Below, in pieces: positions 50,761 to 64,000 of a stretch of 64,000 bases of DNA. The notes under the pieces are model-generated. The model saw only the letters and a list, made by a program, of their open reading frames with translations, ran no database searches and was not told the DNA's origin. The DNA is from Paragordius varius (taxonomy: Eukaryota > Animalia > Nematomorpha): the NCBI GenBank assembly GCA_964247055.1, contig OZ176056.1, forward strand, positions 3,100,001-3,164,000, written 5' to 3'. Each line of letters opens with the position of its first letter. Positions within the stretch are counted from its first letter, which is position 1. The position numbers and the translations under genes were made by a program.

Positions 50761-53558
50761 ATGGAATATCGCTACGAATTTATCGATAATTCTGAAATGA
50801 TTCTCCCTTCTTCACCTTTAAGCAAGAAATTAAGATCTAAATATGGGAAAAAACATTTGAAGCTTAATGGGAGTCCGCCTTGTATCCAATTATTCAAAGA
50901 TGAACACGATTCTGCTTATCATTCTAATATCTTTGATCATTCTACTCAATTTGGAACTCACAATAAGCTAAATAATGAATTTTATCATTCATCACCAAAT
51001 TTTGGACATAAACCATCTCCCAATTTACCTCAATACTTTGACCATCCAATATACCAATTAAGTCAACCAGAGAAAGGAGATGATTCCATAATTCAACCCA
51101 AAGTCAGCACCCAATCTTTTTGTCCAAGACCATTTATGCAATCATCAACCCCTATTCCTCCTGCAACGTTTGCAAACACCTCCATAAATTCACAAAAATC
51201 GTCTTTATCCACCAGTATGTCGTCTCTCTTTTCTGTTCCAAATTCGAATGAGGATGTATTACCCATGTTTGATCCCAATCTTAATTTGAGTAATTCCAAT
51301 AAAAATAATAGTATACAAACTGCTTCGACTTCTAAAATGTTTGATACTACATCGAATTCACACTATACCTCCAGTAATGATATCAAAATTATGGGTAACA
51401 ACAATCGAATAGTGCAAACAAACTCTTCACCGTCACCCCAGTTATCATTCATGAATCTAAATTTGTTGGATAAAGGGGGCGGATTGATTTTTCATAATGA
51501 AAATGACATTAATGAAGATAATATGGCTGAAATCGAAAGATTTAGTCCAACATGGTCAAACATTCAAAATGGCAGAATCATTGGTACTCCAGTTCAGGTC
51601 AGACGACCTTTCCGAAATTTGAAACGAAAACTCAATCTGCTCTCACGCGATAATCTTTGGGTGAATGACACACCTAGCAATTCCAACTGTGAAAACGAAA
51701 GACATAGTGCAAAATCTACGATCGATAATAAATTTTCATACAATTTATCGACAACAACAGAAAATGAATTTCAAACCCCACACATGAATCGTCGAAAAAA
51801 GTCGTCTGCCCAGATATGTCAGGAGCCGGAAATGGGAAACAAGTTTTTGTTTAATTTTTTATGCATTTAGCCAACATATAAATTCAGGATTTTTTCGCTT
51901 AATTTTTGTAGTTATATTTTTTTTACCCTGTTAACCAAAAATATTGTTTAGAATTCTTCTTCAAAGTAATCGCAGACTAAATTTGCGTTTATTAACTCAC
52001 CTACATAAACGAGTCAAATATTTGACCGATTTTTACATATTAAATATGTTTTTTTCCTAAGAATAAAAGTTTGCAATCAAAATGTAATTCCGATGTTATT
52101 GAAATAAAAAATTAGGGTTTATTAATTTTATATTTGAAACCTTTATCACTCTTAGATTCTCAATGAATTCTTCACCTAGTCTGCCCGTTAAGTCACCCCT
52201 ATTGTCCTCATCCTCGCCTCAACAACCCTTTAAGCTGTTAACAAAAACAGCTCTGTTAAAACAAATTGGAAATTTGCGTGAAAGTCAAGCCGCCCGTTAC
52301 TTTGAAGAATTCATTGAGATTGAACAGTTGGGAAGTGGTCATTTTGGAAACGTTTTTAAGTGTCGCAATCGATTAGATGGCTGTTTATATGCCATAAAAA
52401 AGTCACGGACCCCATTGACCCTTTCCAGTTCATTTACTGAGTGAGTATTCAATAAAAATTTTTGTACATATGATTTTATTTGAGAGTGGAGGATGTTTTA
52501 TGTCTCCTTTTTAAATTTAAATTGTTTGCTTGCTTGGGTTGTAATTTAAAGGGCAATTATAATCAATTATTATTGGTTTTAAAATTTATTGGTTGTTACC
52601 GATAATATTACAACAAATAGTTTATGATAGTGACTAATTATAGAAGTTGTGAGACTCGTTACTGGGTACAGTATTGAAAAATTAATTTTACATTTTTACG
52701 AAAACCTCTACATATACTATCGAAAAAAAGTCGACTAAACTACAGATTAAATCTGTAAAATAAATTTTTATTTTAATTTTACATTTATATTTAAAAATAT
52801 CAAGGTATACAGCCATTAAAGAGGTATGTGCACATGCTATCTTAGGAAATCATCCGCACATTGTTCGTTATTTTTCAGCTTGGGCCGAAGATGGGACCGT
52901 TTTTATCCAAAATGAATATTGCAACGGTTAGATTGTTTATTACACTAGATAATTTAATTTACTAAAGACAACAAACTCGTATAATAAGTGTAAAAGGCTA
53001 AAGTTTTTCTAAAGAAGGCTATATTTGATAAGGTAGGTTTTTGAATCAAATTTTTTGTTATGCGAAAAGGAATAGAGATGTAATGTAGGACGCTTTAATT
53101 CATATTTAACAGTCATATGAATAATATCAATGAAACAAGAATCAAGAAATTTTATGTTCTTTACGAATTATAAATATTAGTATTAGAGCTTTTAACTTTT
53201 ATGTTTTGTCCTTTATCCTTAATAATTTTAACTGTCCTTTTACACTTTTTGTTAAAATAAATTTTAATGTTTTTCATAGGTGGCACATTGGCTGATTTGA
53301 ATCGCCGTAATATAGCAAATCAAACGCAGGTGAGTGAACACGATTTAAAGCTTATAGCTTTGCATGTGGGGAAGGGTTTGAAATATTTCCATAGCCTTAA
53401 ACTTGCACATTTAGATATCAAACCTAGTATGTATTATACTTAATTTTTATATCCTATTAAACTCAATTATTTTATAATATAAATTAATATAAATTGTAGT
53501 TTAATGCCAGATAACTTTTTAGACATAAAAGAAATTTTATTACTAGGCAAAAAATTGT

Positions 53559-53601
<43 letters not shown>

Positions 53602-56600
53602 GTCTATAGAACCAATTTTTACTATAAAGACAATATTCAGTGATAAATTTTCAATATTCTGAGTTATTTATACCATAGTGCGATTATATAATTTAATTTT
53701 ATTACATTTTTTTCTATATTTATGATTGGATTAATTCATTGACCTTTTGGTTTATTGTGTCCCTCTCTTTTCTCTCCTTATGTAATTTGTGTTTTGGCGC
53801 TTAAATCCTTTTTATAGAGCTTTTGTAGAATAACGGAATTTATATGTGCCATAAATGATATTTGATGCCTCAATATATATTAGGGCATTCAAAGTTTATT
53901 GTACTTTGATATAAAATTTTATTTTAATTTTTAATTTTACTATATATTATATAATTTACGTTTTTTATCTTATTTTTGGGGGTTTTTATGTTGTAATATA
54001 CCTAAGGCGTTTTCTCACTCATTTTTTTCTTAGAAAAATTACCTGAAATGATTAATGTTAAAGTTATTTATATAATATTGTTAGCTTTTATATATCTCTC
54101 TTTTTGTGTAAATTTTTTTACTTAATAAATGTTTTTAATTACAAATATTTTTAAAATAAAATTTTTCGATAACTTTTTTTTAAAAAATAATTAACAAATT
54201 ACTTATTTTAATCCTAATTTCCGATTGCATATGTTCTTCTTTTGTTTAGAATAATTATTAGTTTTTTTATAATACCCTTTAATTATCATACCTTTATAAA
54301 AAACTTTTTTATGTTAAATAAAATGATAAATATTACAAAACCACATTGAATTTTTTTTCCGTTAATAATAAAAAATTACCATATTAATGTTATTATGTAA
54401 CATATAAAGTGGTTGTCTCCTATTGTCAATTGTTTTCATTCTGTTAAACATAAAACATAAAAAAGTACTTTTATTTTTGAAAAAAAAGTACTAATGATTA
54501 TTACAAATTGACAGGTGCAAACAGGTATATATTGTCCATTATGTAAGTTATAATAAATTAATGATTGTAAAATAATTAATTTTTTTTGGTTAACAAAAAT
54601 AAAAAACTAGTTTTGTCATCTGTGCATGAATATATACATCTTTTTTTGATAAAAAAGCTTAATATTTTCCTACAAAACAGATTGCATTTTCTTTTTTGGT
54701 TATATATAAGGTAACAATTTTATCATTAGGATGGATATATTTATAACTGAAACATTTCATGTTTTTCTCTCTGTAAAGAACAAATGGTTTTAATTGCATG
54801 TGGTGTGGTTTTATTTTTACATAGTATCGTCTCTATAAGAATATTTTATTTTTTCAGGAAACCTGTTGTTATAACTTAACTAAAATTAAATTCTGCGGTT
54901 TACAACGAAGCTTTAATTTGTATAAATGCCCTTAAATATAGAAAAATGACAATAGTTTAAAATTCAAAATGTTCGCATTACATCTCCAGGAGGTTACTAA
55001 AAAGTAAAATAACCCAAAAATTGTGCAATTTAATTAAATTTCTGTTGTTTTTCAACTTGCACACAATTTTTCCCTTTTATTTTGTTAGTTACCGCAATAA
55101 TTGTCAAATTAGAAATACATTAATTATTTAGCAAAATGATTTTGTCAAAGAATCGTAGTAAGTATTTATTTGATTGAATATTAAAATTTGACCCCGATAA
55201 ATATATATTGGATTCTCCTTTTTTGTAACGCTTACTGACCTATTTTTACCGCATTTTATGGCACAGGGAATTAGAATAAAATATTATAAAAGCCGATTAT
55301 TTTATTTTACAGACAAAATTAATGCGTGACATTGTCAATTTGTCATGTTTTGTTCTTTATTATTTATATAATACGATTAAATATACCAGTACAGGATTAA
55401 TAAGATAAATACAAAGAATTTTTTAACTTTCAATTGCTGTTTATTATAAAAAGAAAATTCATATTATTTTGATTTGATTAAAAGGTTTGTTTATAGAAAA
55501 ATAAGAATATAAATTTAACTAATCTGTTTAATATTATATACAAAATTGATAAAACGTCTCATTAGTTTGATTTATCTTTAAGGGTATGTATGATTTTGGG
55601 AAAATTATTAAACAATATATTTAAAAAAAACTTATTTTTGATTACTGCAAAAAGGGAAGATTTTATCGTCAAAATTTTTGGGTCAATTTCCAACCTAATC
55701 AAAAAAATGTTTTATTCCGGTTTTGGTTCAAATTTTATTAAAATGATTTTAATTTGGGTTAATTTCTGGCAGATCTCCTATTTTTTTAAGTACGAAATTG
55801 TTGTAAAATCATAAATGACAAAAAATTATTTATTTTTCATTATCATAATTGAAATATAAAATTTTAAAAATGACTTGAAGTTTTTTAACGTTTAGTTTAG
55901 GTTCAAATCCTATTTACATAAATTTATATTTTTTCATTCTATTTCATTTACAGGTAACATTTTTATAACGCGGTGTTCACCCACCGCTGTGCTTAACAAT
56001 TCCGATGAAGGCTTTGAATCCGATGATGAAAAACACGATTCTATGATTTTCAAAATTGGTATTATTTACTTTTTTAGAAATTATTTTAAATAAGCTATTT
56101 ATAAAATTCAAATATGTGAGATCTTTTTAGTTATTTAAACTTTTATTTAACATATTACAAGTTTTTGTGATAAGCAAATTAATTTCATGTCTCTAAATAT
56201 ATTTTTAAACTGAAAAAAAAATAAAATTTCCGTATATTAAATACTTTTTGATATATATATATTTTAGGTGACTTGGGTTTAGTTACTAGTATCCACGATC
56301 CTGAGGTTGAGGAAGGCGATGCCCGTTATTTACCGCTCGAAATATTACATGAGGATTATAGCGATATAACTAAGGCGGATATCTTTTCACTTGGCATGTC
56401 TCTCTTTGAAACGGTACGGTATTGTACAAAATTCTTGGGGTTAAATTAATGGTTTTACATATAAAAGCCTTTTCCCTCATTATAAGCCTTGAAAAATTTT
56501 AATGCTTAGATCATGGTTAATACTATATAATTTTGTTTTAATGGTTTAAAGTTTTTACTTTCCCCAAACTTAGTTGGGTTGCTGTCAATTTAAAAGAATC

Positions 56601-58134
56601 ATACTGGCCAAAAATATAAAGAAGAATTAATTATTTATTCATGCTAGCCTAGCATAAAAGATGTTTTTTTATCAATGGAAAAAATCAATATTAATTGAAA
56701 TTTGATTTAAAACCCATTTTTTTTCAAAAATTTGTTGCGGATAGAGTTATGTATATTTCTTGCAAATGGGATTAATGAATGGACTTTAATAATTTTGATA
56801 GTTTTAATTCTAATCTGTAATTTTTGAAAAATATCTTAAAGGCTATCAATAAACCATTACAACCGAATGGAGAGGAGTGGCAAATATTACGCACTGGCAA
56901 TATACCATACATTTCCTCCTATACAAGTCAATTCAATCTTTTGTTAAAGGTAAAAAACTTTTTAGTGAAATCATAATAAAAATAATTTCCTAAAATTGCT
57001 ATTAACGAATCCTATCATATAATAGACAAATTTCTTTTCATATCCAACCTCATAAAATAGCCGAATTTTATTACCCGTATTATATTAAATCTTTTATTTT
57101 CCTTTAGTCTATGTTAAATCCTGTGCCTAGCCAACGACCGACTGCCTCCAATTTAATCCATAATCCCTTGTTATGTCCCTTGGGGTGTAAAAGTAAAACA
57201 CAACTTAAACGTGAACTAAATGCCGAACGCTTTAAGAATACCATTTTGGCCAAGTAAAATATTTTGCTTTTTAAACAAATCTTTTCTATTTTTTGGATGG
57301 CTTTTTGGGTATGTATTAATAATTATTTATACGCATTTTTCTAGACAATTGGAGGACGCCCAAACTGAAAATATGTTGTATAAACGACAATGTTTAGGTC
57401 TCGATAATAACTACGCTCTTAAAATGCAGTTTAAAGGTAATAATTTTTAATTTGTGTTAAAAAATTTTGCACTTGCTTTTTTATCTATGCGATTCGTAAA
57501 ATTTAATTTTTAATGTATACGTTTAGAATCCAGTTTTAAAATTAATCATCGTATGAAATCTTCGGCCAATAAGCCCGGCAACAATATGCACAATTCCACC
57601 AACAAACAAGGCAAATTAACTCAAAAATTTTGTAAATCATCCACGACAACCATATATGAAGACAATAATTCAATGCCCATGTTATTACCATCAGAACAAA
57701 CTGAGTTTTTTGTTGATCAAAATTCTCAGCCTGCCATAAAATGTAAAAATCCATTTGCAATAAGTGGTCGCCGGGGTAGTTCAAACCTTTCATTACAAAG
57801 GAGTACCAATTGCTGTTTTTCTAATTTAACTTCACGTCTTGAAACAACAACTAATAGCGTTTTGAATCAGCGTATAAGCTCAAGTGCCAGTAAGTATCGA
57901 AGTAGTAATAAGAACAAAATGTTTAATTACGGTTCATGTAATATGTGTGCTGAACACCAAAATTTTTATAACAAAATGTCAAATTATGGTATGAATCCTA
58001 CGATCGTGCGAAAAGGTTCTGTTTCAGATGTGCGTCATTTCAAATCTAAAGCCCTATCTAGCGGTGTTCACCCTCTTATTACAATGGATGAAAAAAATTG
58101 CAAATCAACTGATAAAAATATGACTAAATTATAG
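50761..58134 (+). CDS. WEE1: Wee1-family cell-cycle kinase, 10 exons, 946 aa
   Basis: Exons 50761-51842, 52156-52440, 52805-52926, 53280-53426, 55954-56058, 56268-56413, 56842-56949, 57108-57253, 57345-57436, 57527-58134, all phases consistent. Motifs [90 protein letters not shown]. Confidence 0.95.
53563..53600. repeat. (TA)19 microsatellite in Wee1 intron 4
   Basis: Uninterrupted TA run. Shorter runs occur at about 6444 and about 49838. Confidence 0.95.
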
Positions 58135-60837
58135 ATTTTATAAATATTCTTTGGAAAATAATTATTATAGTTTTGAATAAACTAACAAAAATATTTAAAT
58201 ATCTGCATATTATAATCAAATATATTATTGCATCCTATATCTATATAAACGATCTCTATTTTCAGAATAAACTAATTTTGTTTTATATTTTTTATGATTC
58301 ACTCATATTAATATTAGTCTACTAATATCCAAAAAATTATATTAAATTTATATGGAAAGATTTATGTTTTTTCACAGATTTATCATCGCTTGCATATTAA
58401 GATTATTTTTATAAATATCAAATAGTTTGTGTGCAGTTTTAATAATAATTAAACCTTTGTTGAATACTGAATAAATTATGCGCATAATATATGGTTAGCC
58501 AATTTTTTAACTATATGATTTTTATAACTGGATCTCTTTTAACGCTTTTTATTATTTATTTATTAATTACCAAAGATATTTAACATAAAGTGTGCTAAAA
58601 TTGCTATTGCTCAATTTGGAGCATTTACCTTAAAAGCTAATTCTTAAATGAATCGTAAGCTTCAAAACTACAATTACCATGATAATCCCGATTTTTTTTT
58701 AGCAAGAAGATATGATTTTATTTACCATTTTCTCTGCCAGGTGACGCGTAACAGATTTAGAAAAAAATAGACTTATGATAAAAAATTTGGTTGTGCGTGA
58801 TAATTAAAATTAAATTATTTTTGGAACAATTTCCTTTACAGATCTTTAAACTTGTTACAAAAAAACAAAATTTATTTAATAGCAAAGAAATATGATTCAA
58901 TGTGGCATTATTTTTAAAGAATAAAACTTCAAAGCCATAAATTTAAATTGAAAGCAAGATTGTTTTTTATTGCGTATTAAATAGTGGTACTCAAACCGCC
59001 AGGCGCATACGATTAGTGCTTTTTAAGGTTCAATGTAATTACATTGGTTAAATTACATAAAATTTACCCCAAATTTCAACTCACTTCTATATTTATTTAT
59101 TTTTCAGTCTAGTTCCGTTTTTATATATTTTTTTCATTTAAAACTTTTTATAAGAATATCCGTCTTAACTCGTTAATTCGGTTTTGATCGCGTGCATTTG
59201 ATAAAATAGCTTTGAATGGTTCCAATTAAAAAGAAACATTTAAAGAATATCGCCATGATAAACCAAGATGTGCCTGCTTCCTGCAGATTAAACAATTTGT
59301 TTAGTGCAAAATTTGGTACTTTATGCATATAATATAAATTATATGGTGCACGGCCCTTGAGACAAAAATAATTTTCATTCGGCCCGTCAAATTTTTTCGT
59401 CAGTCTGATTTAAACGTTTACCCCCAAAATGCAGTGAATTATAATTAAATGGTATATTATGCTCATGTAATATTTTCAATCATTATATCAATTATAATAT
59501 GCATTAGGAATGAGCTGATAAACATTTTATACCACCGACACACAAAGCAATATCGTTTCAGTCTAATTTAGAAAAATGTATTTTTTTAAGTAATTTCATA
59601 AGGTTACCCCAGGATGTTATTATAGTTATTTTCTGACCTAATGAGCTTTCACACCCCGTGTTAACCTATTTTGATTGGAAATGTTCGAATTAAGGTTAAA
59701 TGAAGGAGTCAATGTATGTTTATTTCTCTTTTAACGAAACCGCCTTAAATAGCTGTTTCATAAAAATTTTGTTTTTCAAAAAAAGCTTAGGTGAACATCA
59801 TTTGCTAATTAATAATAAAATCATGTAGCCATTGAAAGGACCAGTTCAGACACAGAGTGTGATAGTTTTTTGAATTTCGCCAGATAACATATATAAAAAA
59901 GGGCTTTGTTATTGGTGGATACAAGAAAAAGAAAAAAAGTAACCATAAGTCAATTCCTTTTTGCTATATATGTGCTATCTAGCAATATTAAAAAATCCTC
60001 AATGTATATTTACTCAAATGTGTATCACATTTAAGCGATACCTACAAACAATAAATGATGATGCAAATGAAATTTATTTTTGAAAGCAAAAACTAATTTT
60101 TAATTTTATGATGTATAAGAAAAAAACTAAGATTTTGATGTATATATAATTTGATTTGGTATGTATTATCCATCCACCTTTAGCATCCGTACAATTCGAC
60201 ATATGTAGTTTCATTTTTTTTATTATTATACCTGTAGAAAAGCAATATAGATTAATTAAATATTATTATATTAACAATTTAAGTATGAAAAAAATTTAAA
60301 AAATAAATAGTTGATAAAGATTATATTATTAATTATGTTAGAGTTTGTAGCAATCAGCTTATTTTTAATTATCAAAAATTACTATCAAAATATAATCTCA
60401 TATTTCAATCATCTTATCTTAAAATAATCCTTACTTTTTGCATTGACATTGACTATTTTTAATCTTGCATTTATAATATTTATCGTTGGGGAGACGTTTA
60501 GCGAAACCGGCGACCTCAGAATTGCTTAGGATTTTGTAACAAGCCATTTGCGATCTAATACACAAGATTGATATATAAAATTATTTCGTTTCCAATTGTT
60601 TTATTAAATTATTTCGTTTATATTATGAATAGGAATTGGTCTTAGAAAATAAAAAATAGGTCTAGCTCATACATTTGTGCGTTATAATCAAGAAATGTAG
60701 GCAATAAACAGGTTAAATATTTCATTTAATATATGTGATAAAGAATCAAAACATTTAACTATTAACTTTTTTTAAACAATTTTTTAGGTGTTTGCAGTTA
60801 GTGCATTAATGAAATTCGGACCAACCCTGATTAATAC

Positions 60838-61017
60838 AGTAAGTATTTTAATGTTGCTTATACCACACTATAGCTGGGCAATTTGTAACACAGTAGTATA
60901 TGGAAAAAACAATTAACTGTTAAAAAATAATTTTTTTCTTTCTTTTTCATATACATTACTGTGTGGCGAAATGCCCCCAACTATAGTGTGAAATAAGCAA
61001 CCATTAAAATGCACACT
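60838..61017. repeat. Imperfect inverted repeat with arms of about 70 bp
   Basis: 60838-60908 is roughly three-quarters identical (by eye) to the reverse complement of 60943-61017, sharing GTTGCTTAT, CACACTATAG and ACACAGTA. Confidence 0.75.
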
Positions 61018-61501
61018 GTAATAATAAATCATTAATAAAATTGATAGAATTATATTAAACCCAGTCAAAATTGCATTGCAAGTCGGGTTAATATCCTTTA
61101 TTTTTTCTGTTTCGCTTGGTTGATCATTTGCTAAAGAAACAAATAAGATTAGTATATCAGTTTATTTAGACAGTTTGCTACTGGATTTTTCAGTTATTTC
61201 TTTAGCTCTTAGAATTATTTAAAAAACATTTTTATAAATGTAAAATTAAGTTAACTGGGCGCAATTTTCCACATAAATAAGTTTCTTTCAATTTTTCACA
61301 TTCTATTAATTTTAATAAATAAACGGTAGTATATGACATAAAAAAAGTTACATAAAATACCAAAATAATGTTAAACAAATTGATTAATATAAACCATTAG
61401 TTTTATATCATTGCTGCTGCAATATAAAATGGCTAAAATATAGAATTACCTCCTCTCGTTAATGCAAATAATAGATAAAACAAGAAATATCCTAAGATCA
61501 T
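60960..61501 (-). CDS. Small secreted or single-pass membrane protein, first two exons (3' end unresolved)
   Basis: Exon 61501-61450 (MILGYFLFYLLFALTRG, signal-like, G|GTAATT) and exon 61130-60960 (NDQPSETEKIKDINPTCNAILTGFNIILSILLMIYYYSVHFNGCLFHTIVGGISPH, hydrophobic stretch), both phase 1. A candidate terminal exon near 60430-60560 is not in a matching phase. Confidence 0.5.
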
Positions 61502-62419
61502 TTTTTGGATTTGGAAAAAATTTTTTAATCAAAATTGTTTATAATGAGTAAAATTAAAAATCTCGTTCTTTATATACAAATCTGATATAAACGAATAATT
61601 TGGCGTTGACATTAGAAAAATCTGAGTCATAACCCGATTTCTTCGAAAAAAATTATTACACGAAAAAAGCATAATCATCCCAAACTGGGTAAACACAGGT
61701 ACAAACTGTATAACTATTTTGAGAACTAAACTAAAAATAAAAAATTATCTTGTCAATTTATATTTATATTATTAAATTTGAAAAAACATTTAATTAATAA
61801 TATAGTATTTACTGGAAAATGCAGCTGTATATACACATATTATTGATTTCGCTATAAAAATTCTGATTAGTAATATTCGTTGAAATTCGTAAAACCCAAT
61901 TCTAAAAACATGTGTGCAGACCCATTTTATATGAAATCTTTTTCTGATGAATTTATATAAAAGTGAAATGGTCAAAAAATGTAATATTTATAAATAAATT
62001 ATCCTCTAAAGGACGGTTTTAATGCAGGTTAAGACTCATTCTCATAACATAATGCTTATGGTTATTTTCATGTTATTACTTCTCAATTTATGAATAATAT
62101 CGCGTCTGGATATAGAAATTTTGCATGGAGTTTAAATTGATTTATTTTAATGTACTATTAATAGTTGAATCCTAATTTAAGAGAAAAAAATGTATGGCAT
62201 CAAACTGATTGCTTCTCAAAATAGAGAAAATAACCTACTTTTGTATGGAGGTTTTATTGATTCATTTTAGATTATTATTAATAGTTGAATCCTAATTAAA
62301 ATAGTTAAAATAATTAAAATGCTATATAAGTGTTTAATAGTTTGCGAATTACTTTATTGAATTGTCAGCTTTCCGCTCTAGCACTAGGTCAAACTATGTC
62401 AACGAATTGTCAGTGATAC

Positions 62420-62780
62420 TAAATTTGGAATTTATCACAACGGTTAAATTTGTGTTTCAATGCATTAATTTAATAAACGCATCATTTTTTAAAAAAATTA
62501 TATATTTTGCACTAATTTTAGCAATATTTAGGGTACTTCATGCTATTAAGGCATGATGGAAACGGTATAATACTTTGTATTATCCATTTTTCTATTAAAG
62601 ATGCTGAACATTTTAATATCCTCGGAACTTTAAGTTGATGTGATAATGTTCAGCATCATCGAGTATAGAAAAAATGTGATAATAGATTCTTATTTTTATA
62701 CCGTTTCCATCATGCTTCAAAATAAAATAAGTACGCTTCAACAAAATTTTACTAATATTTTATATTTGAAAAAGCATTTG
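62420..62780. mobile_element. Foldback MITE, family E copy
   Basis: GCATGATGGAAACGGTATAA / TTATACCGTTTCCATCATGC perfect 20-bp inverted pair plus ATGCTGAACATT / AATGTTCAGCAT. Confidence 0.65.
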
Positions 62781-63035
62781 AGATTATTTATTTATGATGC
62801 CATCTAGCACCGAGGTGTCCAACACAAATTTTAAGAGCCACATTTTTTAACTTGAATATTTATTGTATCATGCGCATAAAAAAGAAAGTATTTTTAAATT
62901 TGGCCCAATCCTAAACATATTGATATTTATTTTAAATGGCGGGGGTATAAAAGGTCCATAAAGTTATGAATATTATTAATTTAATTAGTTGATGTTTAAA
63001 ATATTATCAAAATGTTAAAACGTTGCCCTCTAAAA

Positions 63036-63621
63036 TTAACACTTCAATTCAAGTTGGGGTATCTAAATACCCCAGACTAAATTTGAGTAAGGATTTTTAA
63101 AAAACTACTTAAGGAAACGGTCCCAATTTAAATTTATCCTTCTATCCTGATAAAATTTATATAAATATGCCAAAATATCTAAATAAAATTTTGTTTTGAA
63201 AAAAAATTCCATGTCAAACTACTTGGCCGCCATTTTTATTTTACAAAAATTTTGCAAAATATCGTGTTTATTTAATTCTAACGTTAAAATTAAAGCTAAT
63301 TTTTTATTTTAATAACTTCTAACATTGATAGATATAGAAAAGCTGTTTAGTTTGAATTATTTTTTAATTTACCATTGCACACATGTCACGTTGACTAAAT
63401 TTTTACCTTTCGGTTTTAGCTTAAAAAAAATATATCAAGTATTTTTGAATAAAATTTTTTATATATTTGGGTTTATTAATGTTATATAAGTGCAAAATTT
63501 TGCCATGGTTTCGATTCATTCCATATTTTTAAAATAAGTCAATTATGAACAGGCCTGGGGTATTTAAATACCCCAATATGAATCGAAGGGCTAAAATGAA
63601 TGTGTTGTATCCAAGTGTTAA
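63036..63621 (+). mobile_element. piggyBac-type MITE, copy 6
   Basis: Both TTAA|CACTT and AAGTG|TTAA ends intact, with the same asymmetric subterminal repeats as copy 1. Confidence 0.85.
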
Positions 63622-64000
63622 ATATAGACTGGGTTTTTGACAAAGAATATGAAATTTTACATCAAAAAATTCTGTTTAGCAATCAGAGGTGATATATTAA
63701 CGGAGGCCATATCCAAAAATTATATCACGATTAAGATTCGGTTCTCAAATGTAATATATTTTAATTGATATTATTTGGGATGGAGCATTTAGCTAATGCG
63801 GGTGCAAATTTTAGACTGGGAACAGTAATCAAAAAAGTAATAATAATTTTTTATTCTCATTCTCTAAAAATAAACGAACCATACAAATTTGCTGGTTGTA
63901 GATAATATTTAGGATATTTTACCCTAAGTTCACCTAATAGGAGGCAAAATTGAAACATACATGTTGTTACCATAATATTATTAAAACGCATGCTTTCGAA

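Overview
AT-rich eukaryotic (animal) genomic DNA under the standard genetic code, with GT-AG introns and a heavy load of decayed transposons; the organism cannot be named from the sequence alone. All gene models were built by hand from splice sites and frame continuity. Host genes are: (1) a 22-kb locus (763-23063, +) of symmetric phase-1 exons comprising a signal-peptide exon, five 39-51-nt Gly/Ser/His/Asp-rich micro-exons and two diverged copies of an Ig + FN3-like cassette, read either as one modular secreted protein of about 590 aa or as two paralogues; (2) an intronless NAA50 (33389-33862, -); (3) a minimal ADAMTS-like metalloprotease head-to-head with it (about 34031/35049-45759, +), with intact HEIGHLFGCLHD and a stop right after one TSP1 repeat; (4) a 10-exon, 946-aa Wee1 (50761-58134, +); (5) a small signal-peptide/TM gene at about 60960-61501 (-). 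Repeats include six copies of a TTAA-targeting piggyBac-type MITE, four non-autonomous Helitrons with a shared 5' end but two different 3' ends, hAT elements (one with a perfect 8-bp TSD, one with a transposase pseudogene), mariner fossils, RTE retrotransposon remnants, a tRNA-derived SINE, foldback elements and local tandem duplications. No rRNA, intact tRNA or CRISPR array was found. The most interesting candidate system is the all-phase-1 micro-exon/Ig-FN3 locus.
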